From NCBI GenBank assembly GCA_963545485.1, contig CAUUJG010000005.1:5890-69889 (forward strand): a stretch of 64,000 nucleotides of DNA. The letters are read 5' to 3'. Below are positions 47,481 through 56,749 of this stretch, one piece after another. Each line of letters begins with the position of its first letter. Position 1 is the first letter of the stretch. Source of the stretch: an uncultured Clostridia bacterium (lineage in GTDB: Bacteria; Bacillota; Clostridia; Christensenellales; CAG-917). The notes below the pieces were generated by a model, which worked only from the letters and a program-made list of their open reading frames with translations, did not search any database and had not been told where the DNA came from. The position numbers and the translations under genes are program-made.

Positions 47481-48960
47481 TGGATGTAGTTAAGGCTGTC
47501 TTTATCTCAATCGAGCAATCTGCACCTTCTTTTTGCTCTGTCTTAATTATTACACTGTCACCAAGAACATCGCACGCCATATCTGTTATAACCTGACTCA
47601 TACTTCTATCAAAAGCTTTTGCTATTCTCAAAAGCACATTTAGCTGCTTGATATACATGATATCCGTCTCATTAATCAGTTCACGATATCTTATAATTTC
47701 TTCTTTTGATATTGCTTCAGTCTGATTCCCTTGCACAACAATTGCTGCCATAAGCATTTCTTTATGAGTAAGCCCATATATATTGCTGTTCAAAATAATA
47801 TATCCGCTATGCAACTTATGATTATAAAATTTAATCCTCATTCCACTATCTGACAATAAAGCTGCAGTTCTCAATATCTTCTGACAATTTCTTGGCATTT
47901 TATGAAGAACCCTTATTTGTCTATACAACTGCATTGCCAAATCATATACATGTTCAGCATGCTGAATATTTACATCAAAATATTTCATATGTGTATAAAG
48001 CGAATGTCCCAAAATGTCTGGTATCGGTCTTTCAAATACACTAGTTGATGCGTGTCTAAACATAGCTCCTTCTCTTAAGCCACAACCACCTATTGTGATG
48101 TTGTTAAATGAGAAGTTTTTAAATAATGCATTCATAATCGACAAAGCTGATGGGAATATATCTGCTCTTCCCTGTGACAATCCCTTGATCTGCATCGTAC
48201 TATTTATGTCAAGTTTACTTATAGTTTCATGAATTGTTTTAAAATCATTCATTGACATTTCATAATTGTGAGTCATATTGATAGGATATCTTCTTATTAG
48301 TCTAGAAATTCTACCTAAATTTCTAAATGCACCACCTATTCCAATAAATGTTGCATCCTTATCAACATTTTTAAGCCAATCTATTTTTGAGAATTCTTCT
48401 GCCATGAATTCTTCTATTTTACGATTTCGTTCAACAGGATCATCTATTCCCTTTACCATATCTGTCATACTTACAGTTCCGTATGGAATTGATGCACTAT
48501 TTATTAAACATCTGCGATTGTAATGAAAAAGCGTTGTGGAACCACCACCCATTTCCATAACAAAACCTTTAGAAATATCCATTGAATTTATTACACCGTT
48601 GTAAATTAACATTGTGTGTTCTTCAACACTAAGAACTTTAATCTTAATTCCGCATGTCATAGTAACTTCATCAAGAAAACTTTTCTGATTTTTAGCCCTA
48701 CGCACTGCTGAGGTGGCATAGGCATAAATTCTATCCACTTTATTTGCTTCGCATAATTTTCTAAACATTGTGAGAGTTTTTATTGTCTGATCTATCCTGT
48801 GCGGTTTAATAAAACCATCTCCATTCCAATCCAGGTCCTGTCCCAAGCGGATATTTTCTTTCAGTTCATCAAACACGACAAAGAAACCACCTTCCAGAAC
48901 ATTTACGAGCACTAATCTTGCCGAATTCGAACCGATATCGATAATTCCTATTTTTTCCAT
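47437..48960 (-). CDS. ppx: Ppx/GppA-family exopolyphosphatase
   Basis: 507 aa with GIIDIGSNSARLVL at the N-terminus (ASKHA fold) and a C-terminal HD-like region. Confidence 0.88.
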   Translation of the reverse strand: MEKIGIIDIGSNSARLVLVNVLEGGFFVVFDELKENIRLGQDLDWNGDGFIKPHRIDQTIKTLTMFRKLCEANKVDRIYAYATSAVRRAKNQKSFLDEVTMTCGIKIKVLSVEEHTMLIYNGVINSMDISKGFVMEMGGGSTTLFHYNRRCLINSASIPYGTVSMTDMVKGIDDPVERNRKIEEFMAEEFSKIDWLKNVDKDATFIGIGGAFRNLGRISRLIRRYPINMTHNYEMSMNDFKTIHETISKLDINSTMQIKGLSQGRADIFPSALSIMNALFKNFSFNNITIGGCGLREGAMFRHASTSVFERPIPDILGHSLYTHMKYFDVNIQHAEHVYDLAMQLYRQIRVLHKMPRNCQKILRTAALLSDSGMRIKFYNHKLHSGYIILNSNIYGLTHKEMLMAAIVVQGNQTEAISKEEIIRYRELINETDIMYIKQLNVLLRIAKAFDRSMSQVITDMACDVLGDSVIIKTEQKEGADCSIEIKTALTTSNDFKNAFGKGLEIL

Positions 48961-49108
48961 CCTGTATTACTCCCTGTTCGCTAAAAGCCAACTGCATATA
49001 TTTTAACAACTATGAATATAAATCACAATATGGAACTTTCTCTTTTTATTGCTTAAGATGTTTTTTTAGTTTATTATATATAAGTTAATTTAAATATATG
49101 GAGCTGAC

Positions 49109-52100
49109 ATGACAAAATTAAAATTTAAAAATGCTTTAAGATTTTTCTGTATAGTAGTTTCGGCACTTGTTATTTCTGCAATGATGTTCGTTGCTTGCAC
49201 AAAAAAAACGAAACCTTCTCAGCAGACGAAACCTAACACTCCTGCCCAACAGGAAGAAATGACCAAAGATCTAATTCTTCCGAACTCTGACTTTAAGGTT
49301 ACAGAAGCCAAAGACAATAAGTACCCTGCAAATATTAAAAGCTGGTCAAAGAAAAACATCCGTGGAAATATTGAAAGCAAAATAAATGCCGGTGCTATAG
49401 AAACTGCTCCAGAGAAATACAAAGAACACTCAAAGTCATGGGGAGATGAAAAAGGAGATAATTCTGAACTGTATTCAAAAATCAAAAGCAATTCTAATCT
49501 TCCTTCAAAACTCGCCATGATTCATACCCCTAAAGTTAAAAAAGAAGATGACAGTAAATATGAAGGTGCCTCGGCTTATTCATTATCTAATGAATTTGAA
49601 CTTGAAGGTGGATATTTATATAAATTTTCAATTGATGTAATGACTGATCAGTTGGAAGGCTATGAAGAAACAAATGACTATTACAAAGAAAAAGTAAAAA
49701 AGCCTGGTGCTTGGCTCTCATTAACAAACTCAACAAGATCAACTTTCAGGCACATAAATACAAATGGAACATGGAAAACATACACATTCTATATGCAAGC
49801 TCCATCAAGCGATGCAAAATCAAAGCTAAAATTTGAAATGTCATTAGGTAACTTAGATCGACCATCTTCATTTGAAAAAGGTTATCTCACATCTGGATAT
49901 GCGTTCTTTGGAAATTTAAAGATAGAAAAAATTGCTAAAGACAAAATGTCTCAAGTTATGAATGAAGCAAAAGCATCGGATAAAGAGGTTACAAGAATTA
50001 CAGATTTGCGTTTCCTTAATGGCGATTTCAAACACTATAACGATACATATATTTCTCAAGGTTCTGCTCCTGACTTTTTTACAACAAGACGTGGTACAGA
50101 TAAGAATGATCCTAATCCTCCTGATGTTTCTGCCAGAAACCTTGTAATGGATTCAGATAAGTTCATACAAAGGTGGGATAACTTTGGTAACGATTTTTAT
50201 TCTCCTGCAGGACCTACTGGAGTATTAAGAAAAAATTCTGCTCAATTCTCAGAATTATATAAAGCTAATGACATTGTTAAAAATATGCCATCCGGAGTAG
50301 ATGGTAGATACTACATCATGTCGCAGTCTCTTATGTCAGCACAAGAGCTACAAACCAAAAATAAGATTGTACTTGAACCTCACAAAAAATACAGAATCTC
50401 AATGTGGTTATACACATACAATATTCACGGTGCTGGCGTTGACCTAGTTCTAAGAGGTGCAAATACAAAAGACATCGTAATTAAAGGCATATCAAAAAAT
50501 CAAAGCAAATTTGACACTGTTAAAGAAGGATATCTTGATCCGGGTCGTGATCCGTTTGCAACAGATGGTAGATCAAATGGTGGGTGGAAAGAATATATTT
50601 TTGAAATTGAATCAAATCTCTCTTATTCACAAGAATATACACTAGGGGTAGCTCTTGGTAGTGGCGGTCCTAAGGCTAATAAAGCAATTAAATACAATCA
50701 TTTTACCAATGACGGTAAAATTGCAGAAAAAACATTGTATAACGGAAATGGAACATTTTCCTCCGGTTATGCTTTTGTTGCTGGCATGAAGTTTGAAACC
50801 ATTGATTCTCTTTCAATTGCTCCAAACGCCACTGAAGATACAATAACTGGAAACTACTATGTTGACGGTGATGATAAACAAAAAATCGCTGTAAGGTTGG
50901 AAAATACAAATACTAATACCAACACAAATCACAGCGACAACTTCTCCTATAATCTTGACGTAGATAATAAATTTGCGAAAGGAACAGAAGGGATTCCTGG
51001 TGGTTGGAAACTTAAAGAACCCAAAAATGAGAATGATGATTATTTGATTCAACCTTCATGGGCAAAGGCCGGTCTTGTGGATTTAAAAAATCCTACATAC
51101 AATGATGAATTAAAAAAACAGCTCGGTGATACAAAACTCCCTGAACTTCCATTTGATACTCCAAACAATAAAGTAATGATGTTATCCATGAAGAATAACC
51201 AGTCATCTTTATTTATGGACACAAAAGATGGATTTGAACTTAACCCCCTATCATCAACAAGAGTGTCATTCTATATGCACACTGCACTAGCTGATAAAAA
51301 TCTCAAAAATGCATATGTACAACTAATATCAAAAGACGAAAACGGAAAAGAAAAAGTTCTCTCTACTTTCAGTGATTTTAAAACTCATGACAAAAATAAT
51401 TTTTATAATAACTGGCGTGAGATATCAATGTATATAAACAATACAAGCCGTAAAAAATTAAAATATTATCTCCGTGTCTCTTTGGGTAAAGCCGATAAAC
51501 GTTTTGCTCATGCTGATTCAGCACTCGGCACAATGTTCTTCACGCAGCCTACATTTACAGATATAAGCGAAAATGTATACTCAACTGTTTCTGCAAGTGG
51601 AGACGCAATTAAAAAATACGAAGATAAATCTTCTGTAAGAGAACAGATTTCAAACACTTCTTTTAATCAATTTGATAATAAAAATGGTCGTGCAGATATT
51701 GATGAAAATGGACACTTGAAAAACGGAACAGCTGATCCTAAAGGATGGGAGATTTCAGATAAAACATTAAAAGATCCTAACCTTGTTAATGGTGTCGTTG
51801 AATATGAGAGAGATAGCTCTACTTATCCTGGAACAAATCCTGCTGTAAATAGATTCAAAAAGGGTCATAATATCGACAATGTCTTCGGTGCTGACAGTAA
51901 TTTATTTGATAAACCTTATGCAGATGAAGATCTTGATACTAATCCAAAATACAGCGACAGCTATACATATGATGTAGATAAATATGGCTATAATGGACCT
52001 AATATGCTAGCGATGGGTAGCAAAAATGATTCAACAAAGTTTTCTTTTGGATATACTTCAAGCAAAAAAACTCTTGACGCAAATTCATTCTATGAAATTA

Positions 52101-53578
52101 CCGTTTATGCAAAGAGTGTAAAAAATGCAAATTTCTCCATGTACATAACAAATAGCAGCGGTGTTACTCCAATCGGTCCATCAAAGAAGCTTCTTGTTCA
52201 AAAAGGCACAACTCAAATGACTGCTTACAAATTTTACATCAGAACAGGTGTTGATTCGGTAACAATGCAACTTAATTTCTGGCTTGGCTACAATGAAAAG
52301 AAGTTCTCTGCTGATGATATAGGTGACTCAAGTATATCTCCTAAAAGTAGTGGCTATGCCCTATTCGATCATGTAAGTTTAAACAAAATAGATGAAAAAT
52401 CATTTAATGATGCAGCTATTGATGCAAAAACTGCAAAACTTGAACTTTCAAGATCAAACTTCGATATTACCGATGTTGATCCTTCAAAGAGAAATGAACT
52501 TAAGAATCCTACAGATTGGACAACTGAAGCTGATGACACTAAAAAATCATCAACTGGTTTATTAACCTCAAATGATGCTGAACTAGATAAGAAAGAAGAT
52601 GTTGAAGATACTGAAATAGATGAATCAAAATACTTCAAATCATTTGGAAAAGAAAAATATACTGATGATAAATTCAAACCAACCCAAGATGAACTTGTTG
52701 ATGCAAAATCTGATTATCCAGGTCTATCTGACACAGAAATTTCAAAGATACTAAGTATCAAAAAATATACAGCTTACATCAAGAAACATTGGTTAGAAGC
52801 TACAAGTGACAATGTTCGCACATCAAACAGCAATAACAATTCAAACTTCACTATCTATAACAGTGAAGAAACTACAACTGTTGTTAAAAAGAAAAACTTT
52901 AAGCTTGAAAAAGAAAGCACATATAAGATTTCTATTACTTTGCGTACAAAGATTGTTCGTAACGAAACTGATACTGATGAAGATTTCAAAAAGCGTGGTG
53001 CTTATCTAAAAATGAAATTTAATTCAAATGATAACTCTCCTGTAGAGTTTGAAGCTATTCAGACTGAAACATATAAGACATATACATTCTATTTGAGAAC
53101 CCAAAATACAGATGTCTCTCAAGTTTCTCTCATGATGTCATTAGGTCGTCAAAATGCTAAGAAAGAGGATAATATTGCACAAAGAACTGCAGGATGGGCA
53201 TTCATTGACACTGTATCCATTCAAAAAGTTTCAAATGAAGAGTTCGATGAATCAAAGAATAATGAATATACGATTTCAAGAAAATTAAATGACAAAGCTG
53301 AAAAAGGTTCAAAAGACAAAACACCTGATGTAAATAGTAATAAACCTAAAGCAAGATTTAATACTGAGATGCTCTGGTGGATGATTCCAACTATTATCCT
53401 CGGTGTACTTATTATTGTTGTTCTAGTAATTGCAATTTACAACAAAGTACACAAAAAGACCGGCAAAGGCTTTATGGAATACATGCGAGATGATATATCT
53501 GATTCCGCTCTAGAAGATAAACATAAGCTCTATGAAAGTTTTGATGATGATTCTCCAGGATCGACAGATACTAAATGA
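49109..53578 (+). CDS. very large lipoprotein / surface protein built from five related ~250-300-aa modules, with a C-terminal TM anchor
   Basis: 1489 aa with lipobox FVAC. The module signature W(K/R).Y.F(Y/E)...L...(S/V)LG...G(Y/W)A(F/L)(F/I)...(I/F)..(I/V) recurs five times. The C-terminal TM is WWMIPTIILGVLIIVVLVIAIY. Confidence 0.7.
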   Translation: MTKLKFKNALRFFCIVVSALVISAMMFVACTKKTKPSQQTKPNTPAQQEEMTKDLILPNSDFKVTEAKDNKYPANIKSWSKKNIRGNIESKINAGAIETAPEKYKEHSKSWGDEKGDNSELYSKIKSNSNLPSKLAMIHTPKVKKEDDSKYEGASAYSLSNEFELEGGYLYKFSIDVMTDQLEGYEETNDYYKEKVKKPGAWLSLTNSTRSTFRHINTNGTWKTYTFYMQAPSSDAKSKLKFEMSLGNLDRPSSFEKGYLTSGYAFFGNLKIEKIAKDKMSQVMNEAKASDKEVTRITDLRFLNGDFKHYNDTYISQGSAPDFFTTRRGTDKNDPNPPDVSARNLVMDSDKFIQRWDNFGNDFYSPAGPTGVLRKNSAQFSELYKANDIVKNMPSGVDGRYYIMSQSLMSAQELQTKNKIVLEPHKKYRISMWLYTYNIHGAGVDLVLRGANTKDIVIKGISKNQSKFDTVKEGYLDPGRDPFATDGRSNGGWKEYIFEIESNLSYSQEYTLGVALGSGGPKANKAIKYNHFTNDGKIAEKTLYNGNGTFSSGYAFVAGMKFETIDSLSIAPNATEDTITGNYYVDGDDKQKIAVRLENTNTNTNTNHSDNFSYNLDVDNKFAKGTEGIPGGWKLKEPKNENDDYLIQPSWAKAGLVDLKNPTYNDELKKQLGDTKLPELPFDTPNNKVMMLSMKNNQSSLFMDTKDGFELNPLSSTRVSFYMHTALADKNLKNAYVQLISKDENGKEKVLSTFSDFKTHDKNNFYNNWREISMYINNTSRKKLKYYLRVSLGKADKRFAHADSALGTMFFTQPTFTDISENVYSTVSASGDAIKKYEDKSSVREQISNTSFNQFDNKNGRADIDENGHLKNGTADPKGWEISDKTLKDPNLVNGVVEYERDSSTYPGTNPAVNRFKKGHNIDNVFGADSNLFDKPYADEDLDTNPKYSDSYTYDVDKYGYNGPNMLAMGSKNDSTKFSFGYTSSKKTLDANSFYEITVYAKSVKNANFSMYITNSSGVTPIGPSKKLLVQKGTTQMTAYKFYIRTGVDSVTMQLNFWLGYNEKKFSADDIGDSSISPKSSGYALFDHVSLNKIDEKSFNDAAIDAKTAKLELSRSNFDITDVDPSKRNELKNPTDWTTEADDTKKSSTGLLTSNDAELDKKEDVEDTEIDESKYFKSFGKEKYTDDKFKPTQDELVDAKSDYPGLSDTEISKILSIKKYTAYIKKHWLEATSDNVRTSNSNNNSNFTIYNSEETTTVVKKKNFKLEKESTYKISITLRTKIVRNETDTDEDFKKRGAYLKMKFNSNDNSPVEFEAIQTETYKTYTFYLRTQNTDVSQVSLMMSLGRQNAKKEDNIAQRTAGWAFIDTVSIQKVSNEEFDESKNNEYTISRKLNDKAEKGSKDKTPDVNSNKPKARFNTEMLWWMIPTIILGVLIIVVLVIAIYNKVHKKTGKGFMEYMRDDISDSALEDKHKLYESFDDDSPGSTDTK

Positions 53579-53590
53579 ATAAACTAAAAT

Positions 53591-53617
53591 AAGAGCCAAG
53601 TGGCTCTTATTTTTTTA
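53591..53617 (+). terminator. rho-independent terminator
   Basis: AAGAGCCAAGTGGCTCTT inverted repeat followed by ATTTTTTT, 13 nt after the stop of the 1489-aa gene. Confidence 0.8.
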
Positions 53618-53725
53618 TATTCTCTTCCATATATCTGCCTTCATTCGTCAATGACTCCAAAATCTTTAAAAATCATTCTTAACAATCTCTGCATAATTAT
53701 GGTATTTTAAATAGAGGTGAAAATT

Positions 53726-54772
53726 ATGAATATTCCAGAGTATATTTCTAAAGAAAGAATCCCGGTGTCTACACCGGAAAGTATTGTTGATAAAAACGGC
53801 AATGCAATATTTGGCACTTTTGATACGCAGTTTAAAAACTTGAATCTACTTGATTGTAAAAAACCATGCGGTATAGCATCCAATAAATCGAGACTTACCG
53901 AGTGGGAAGCATTTGAAGTGAATTTTGATGAATGTAGTATAGTAAGTGCTGTATATAATACTGCGGCATTAGGATTCTCTATTATTGTCTTCTATGATAA
54001 AAAAACTAAAAAAGTATATTCATGGCAGAACTATGGGAAAACACATGTCGCATCAAATTTAATAAATGACAACTCTTATTTCAAAACAAAAAAATCAGAT
54101 GTATATATAGAAAATCATTTAGATATTGGCAAAGCCTTTGCAAGAGAAAGTGCAATAAATAAAAAATTCGGTAGCATTAAATTTGAAATCACTGCAGAAA
54201 GAGTCTCCCCTATCTCAAATGTTTCAATTCCATTTGGAAAAAATAAGCCTTTATATTCAGAAAAAGACTTTTTCAAAGCAAGTGGCTATGTTGAAGTGAA
54301 TGGAAAAAGATACGAGTCAAATGCAAATAGTACTGCTATAATTGATGACCATAAAGGATACTATCCGTTCAAAGCTCACTATGACTGGCTTACGACCATG
54401 GGTAAAATAAAAATTGACGGCACAGATCAATATTTTGGTTTCAATTTAACAAGAAATCAATCAATCGATCAGGATAAATATAATGAAAATATTGTTTGGT
54501 TAGAAAATTCAGCTTTTCCTCTAACTCCAGTGTCCTTTATTCATGATAAAAAGAATAAAAATGTCTGGTATGTAAAAGATGAGAAAGGTCTTGTAGATAT
54601 CAAATATGTAATAGATGGAAAGTTCAGAATTGGATTGCATTTACTCTTCATTGATATTTCTTATGATTTAGTTTTTGGAACTATCTATGGAACAATAAAA
54701 GACTACAACGGTAAAGAATATAAATTAGACGGTTTAACTGGTATAGGCGAAGACAAGACAACTAGAATTTAA
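53726..54772 (+). CDS. conserved hypothetical protein (possibly DUF2804-like)
   Basis: About 348 aa. The ATG at 53726 follows AGAGGTG, while the track ORF starts at a GTG at 53717. The family assignment is from memory of size and composition only. Confidence 0.45.
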   Translation: MNIPEYISKERIPVSTPESIVDKNGNAIFGTFDTQFKNLNLLDCKKPCGIASNKSRLTEWEAFEVNFDECSIVSAVYNTAALGFSIIVFYDKKTKKVYSWQNYGKTHVASNLINDNSYFKTKKSDVYIENHLDIGKAFARESAINKKFGSIKFEITAERVSPISNVSIPFGKNKPLYSEKDFFKASGYVEVNGKRYESNANSTAIIDDHKGYYPFKAHYDWLTTMGKIKIDGTDQYFGFNLTRNQSIDQDKYNENIVWLENSAFPLTPVSFIHDKKNKNVWYVKDEKGLVDIKYVIDGKFRIGLHLLFIDISYDLVFGTIYGTIKDYNGKEYKLDGLTGIGEDKTTRI

Positions 54773-54846
54773 ACTATTACGTACTATTTTTATAGATCAT
54801 TATCACATGTCGCATTTTCATGTAAGATTTATTTTGTTCTATTTTG

Positions 54847-54871
54847 AACCTGTCAAAAATCCTGACAGGTT
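54847..54871. terminator. perfect 9-bp hairpin between convergent genes
   Basis: AACCTGTCA-AAAATCC-TGACAGGTT. There is no clear U-tract on either strand. Confidence 0.4.
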
Positions 54872-54916
54872 GGAATTGATAATAAATATTACTGCATCCC
54901 ACTAATTCTCGTATTA

Positions 54917-55840
54917 CTAGCCAACAGTATCCATTTTTTCTTTTTCTACCACATCACGCTTAACTGCGTATTTATATTTCTTTGCTCCAACCATCTCTGA
55001 AATATCGCTTATAGCTACAAATGCAGATGGGTCAATTTTTGCTATTATATCTTTAATTCTCACCACTTCAAATCTATTTACAACACAATACAACATCTTC
55101 ATATTTTCGTTACTAAAATACCCTACACAATCTAATACTGTAACACCCCTTCTAAGCTCTTCAGATATTGTATGTGCTATTTCTTCTTTTTTAGTTGTAA
55201 TGATTGTACACCCTTTAGCTTTATCAAATCCCTCAACAATAAAGTCAACCACCTTCAAACCAACAGCATATGAAACTACGGAATAAAGCCCTACTTTAAA
55301 TTGATTTAAAACAATACTCGCTATAGCATATAAAATAATATTAAACGCCATTACAAACTGTCCTATAGACATTCCAAGCTTCCTTGCAAAACATATTCCC
55401 ATAACTTCAATTCCATCAATTGCACCTCCATATCTGATCGTTAATCCACTTCCAAATCCAGATAGAAGTCCTCCAAAAACTGTTGCAAGGAACATGTCTC
55501 CCTTAATTGCTTTCAACACCACATTATCTATAAAAAATACACTTTTAAATAAAGCTGACCACACTGTATACGATATGATTGCAACTATTGAATAAATGAT
55601 GAATCTAAAATTCAACTTCTTAAACCCTAATAAAAATAAAGGTAAGTTAAAGCAAACAAGCAGTATGGCTATATGTGCCTTGGGAGCTACTGCTGATATG
55701 AATATTGAAAGTCCTGATATACCGCCATCAATTACTCCAAACGGCTGCAAAAAAAGAATTACACCCACAGCATTAATAAAACCAGCTATTATAAGCATCA
55801 AAACATTAACTGGAGAAATTCTAGTTTCTTTTTTGTTCAT
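54917..55840 (-). CDS. YitT-family membrane protein (DUF2179 C-terminal domain)
   Basis: 307 aa with 5-6 TM helices, GGISGLSIF and a C-terminal soluble domain typical of YitT. Confidence 0.8.
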   Translation of the reverse strand: MNKKETRISPVNVLMLIIAGFINAVGVILFLQPFGVIDGGISGLSIFISAVAPKAHIAILLVCFNLPLFLLGFKKLNFRFIIYSIVAIISYTVWSALFKSVFFIDNVVLKAIKGDMFLATVFGGLLSGFGSGLTIRYGGAIDGIEVMGICFARKLGMSIGQFVMAFNIILYAIASIVLNQFKVGLYSVVSYAVGLKVVDFIVEGFDKAKGCTIITTKKEEIAHTISEELRRGVTVLDCVGYFSNENMKMLYCVVNRFEVVRIKDIIAKIDPSAFVAISDISEMVGAKKYKYAVKRDVVEKEKMDTVG

Positions 55841-55841
55841 A

Positions 55842-56567
55842 CTAAATAACCATATAAAGTTTTAATACTTCATCAATCTGACCGACCAATTTTTCAAAAA
55901 GTCCATCATACGAAAGACATCGTCTAATTGCCGTCCACATAGCTTTAATAAGTTCCGTATCTCTTGTGTCCATTGCTATTGTAAACCCTTCCATCATTCT
56001 TGTGTATTCATTTCTGGACACTTTCCCAAGTCTAGTTGTCTCTCTAAGATTCTGAGTCAATTTATCAACATAGTATGCTAACTGCTGTCTTATTCCTTCA
56101 TTTACAAAATCAATTTCTCTAGAATCTTGTTCAACTGGTTTTGTTACACCTTCAACTATTACTCTGCATAATTTGTTTGAGAACGGTATTAATACTTCTT
56201 CGTAGAATTTTCTAAAACTTTTTTGTTCATTTTCAGCCGGAAAATATATTTTAAGGAACTGCAACAAATCTATTGTATTATTATCAAATTCAACTAAAAG
56301 ATTTAAAGTGAATACAACACACTCATTATCTCCAACTGGCAAACTAAATATGTTCCGTCCCTGCACCTCATGCATCGCTTTTTTCTTTAAAGCAACATAA
56401 CTAGTAGCTTCGCTACATTCTCTTACTGTATTTTTGATATCATCATAATATGCAATACATCTTAATAACCGTTTAATTTTCTTATCAACCACTAACAAAC
56501 TACATTTTTTTAAGTCATCAAATGCCATTACTAATGCTTCAATTGCTTCGCTGTTTATCTCTCTCAT
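55842..56567 (-). CDS. hypothetical protein
   Basis: 241-aa ORF adjacent to and co-oriented with the YitT gene. No motif recognised. Confidence 0.5.
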   Translation of the reverse strand: MREINSEAIEALVMAFDDLKKCSLLVVDKKIKRLLRCIAYYDDIKNTVRECSEATSYVALKKKAMHEVQGRNIFSLPVGDNECVVFTLNLLVEFDNNTIDLLQFLKIYFPAENEQKSFRKFYEEVLIPFSNKLCRVIVEGVTKPVEQDSREIDFVNEGIRQQLAYYVDKLTQNLRETTRLGKVSRNEYTRMMEGFTIAMDTRDTELIKAMWTAIRRCLSYDGLFEKLVGQIDEVLKLYMVI

Positions 56568-56617
56568 TTAAAAAATCCTTGCCATAGAAATTCGTTTAAT
56601 TTATAATAACACAATAC

Positions 56618-56691
56618 TGGAGCGTGGTGTAGTGGTAGCACACGAGACTCTGACTCTCTTGGTGTAGGTTCGATTCCTATCGCTCCTGCCA
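56618..56691 (+). tRNA. tRNA-Gln (anticodon CUG), CCA encoded
   Basis: Cloverleaf folded by hand. Acceptor GGAGCG pairs with CGCTCC, with T1 opposite T72. The D-stem is GTGT/GCAC, the anticodon loop CTCTGAC, the variable loop 4 nt, the T-arm GTAGG-TTCGATT-CCTAT, and discriminator G precedes CCA. Confidence 0.8.
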
Positions 56692-56697
56692 CAATTT

Positions 56698-56719
56698 GAA
56701 CCTTTTGGGTTCTTTTTTT
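56698..56719 (+). terminator. rho-independent terminator after tRNA-Gln
   Basis: GAACC-TTTTG-GGTTC followed by TTTTTTT. Confidence 0.7.
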
Positions 56720-56749
56720 ATTTCAATTTTAAATTACATCAATCTCAAA

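Noticed and set aside
50890-50935. The NTNTNTNTN peptide repeat in the 1489-aa protein as a slipped-strand repeat.
   Set aside because: The underlying DNA (aatacaaatactaataccaacacaaat) is not a perfect tandem repeat, so replication slippage is unlikely.
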